A stretch of 63,992 bases of DNA, the filler included, from Hyphochytrium catenoides (taxonomy: Eukaryota > Protista > Hyphochytriomycota): NCBI GenBank assembly GCA_900088475.1. It is 13 parts of 13 records of this genome, joined end to end, with 100 filler letters (N's around TTAATTAATTAA, not from the genome) between each part and the next. Parts side by side here need not be neighbours in the genome. Positions count along the whole stretch, not along the records: positions 62,869 to 63,992 come from FLMG01004153.1; 12 more parts are not named here. One strand, written 5' to 3'. A program made the position numbers and the translations under genes. Below, in pieces: positions 62,869 to 63,992 of the stretch. The notes below the pieces were generated by a model. It did no database searches. It worked only from the letters and a program-made list of their open reading frames with translations, and was not told the DNA's origin. Position 1 is the first letter of the stretch. The number at the start of each line of letters is the position of its first letter.

Positions 62869-63992
62869 GCCACTAGTCTGGCTTTATACCTCTCCACCGA
62901 CCCGTCTGGGTTTAGCTTCTTTTTAAAGATCCATTTGCTTCCGATGGCTTTTCTTCCAGGAGGGAGATCCACGAGCTCCCAAGTCTTGTTTTTGTGTAAG
63001 AATTTAGCTCTGCCTCCGTGGCCGCTCGCCATTCTTCTGCCTCCGTCGACGCAAGAGCTTCTCGGTAGGACTCGGGCTCGCCTAAGGAAGATGGTGTCGA
63101 TGCTCGAGCGACAAAGGTGATGTAAGGGCCGTGGTCGACCTGCTTCCTAACCCTAGCAGAGCGACGCAAACCTGGAGGCCCTTCTTCTTCAGAGTCTGGA
63201 GAATCCTCGGCCGCTAGTGCATCTTGACCTTCACAAGTCTCCTCTAAAAGTTCCTCTTGACGTTCCCCTACCGCTTCTTCCTCTGGATTTACACCGTGAC
63301 CATCTTCAGGGACATCAAGCAAGACAGGCTCTTCATCTCCAGTCGTGCACTCATCCTGGTAAGTCCCTTCGTTANNNNNNNNNNNNNNNNNNNNNNNNNN
63401 NNNNNNNNNNNNNNNNNNNNCCGTAAGTGAGAGAGAGTAGGCCGGCGGCCCGACCACGCCTCCATAGGAACCATTCCTTCTAGCCCCGCTGGTTTCAGGC
63501 GATTCAGCAGATAGATGGCACAGTTTAGAGTCTCCGCCCAAAACTTCTTGGGGAGACCAGAAGTCTTGAGCATAGCTCTAATCATTCCAACGACCGTCCG
63601 ATTGTACCGCTCTGCAATCCCATTCTGGTGCGGAGTCTCTGGAACTATTGTCTCGTGAACAATCCCTTGTTCTTTCAGCCACGTCTCCAGTTTGTTGGAG
63701 GTGTACTCTCCTCCATTATCGGTCCTTAAAGTCTTCAGCCGCTTCCTTTGCTCGTTTTCTGTTAGGGTAACAAAGCCCTTTATATTTTTGCTCGCTTCGT
63801 CCTTGGCTTTCTGGGCAAAGCCCCACACTCTCCTGGACCTAACGTCGATCAGCGCACTGAAGTACCTACTCCCTTGTACCGACCGGACTTGGATGGGACC
63901 GCAGGTATCCCCAACGACAAGGTCTAGAGTTTCCTTCACCGACGTCCGACTGCTAGAGATTGGCTCCCTTGTCATCTTGGTAAGGATACAAT
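62869..63992 (-). mobile_element. Ty1/copia LTR retrotransposon pol fragment (integrase followed by start of RT)
   Basis: Integrase DTCGP...LIDVRSR...LRTDNGGEY...QNGIAERYNRT precedes EPESYREAL...W and [40 protein letters not shown]. The IN-before-RT order defines copia. A 1-nt frameshift lies near 63000. Confidence 0.96.

Overview
Eukaryotic (protist-like, intron-rich, standard genetic code) DNA. The window is not contiguous: it is 13 scaffolds joined by an artificial 100-bp linker (N44-TTAATTAATTAA-N44), so neighbourhood arguments hold only within a scaffold. Spliced genes reconstructed by hand: DNA polymerase delta C-terminal exons, ELF1, molybdenum cofactor sulfurase N-terminus, a DUF268-type protein ending in REDL, an IQ-motif protein, organelle-targeted TypA/BipA, VPS45, a coiled-coil protein, a Cbl/Shk-like EF-SH2 protein, an HxxxD acyltransferase and an LRR protein. 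There are two tRNA-Gly genes; the second is identical to the first except that its anticodon arm is a perfect palindrome. Several small scaffolds are mobile-element relics: a Kolobok-like transposase facing a KolX/P2X7-ballast-like gene, a decayed piggyBac-like transposase apparently carrying an embedded YqaJ/lambda-exonuclease domain, a frameshifted 23-aa STPR-like repeat ORF, and a Ty1/copia pol. Most short ORFs in the track are artefacts of (AG)n/(CT)n microsatellites. All family calls come from motif recognition by eye; no searches were run.
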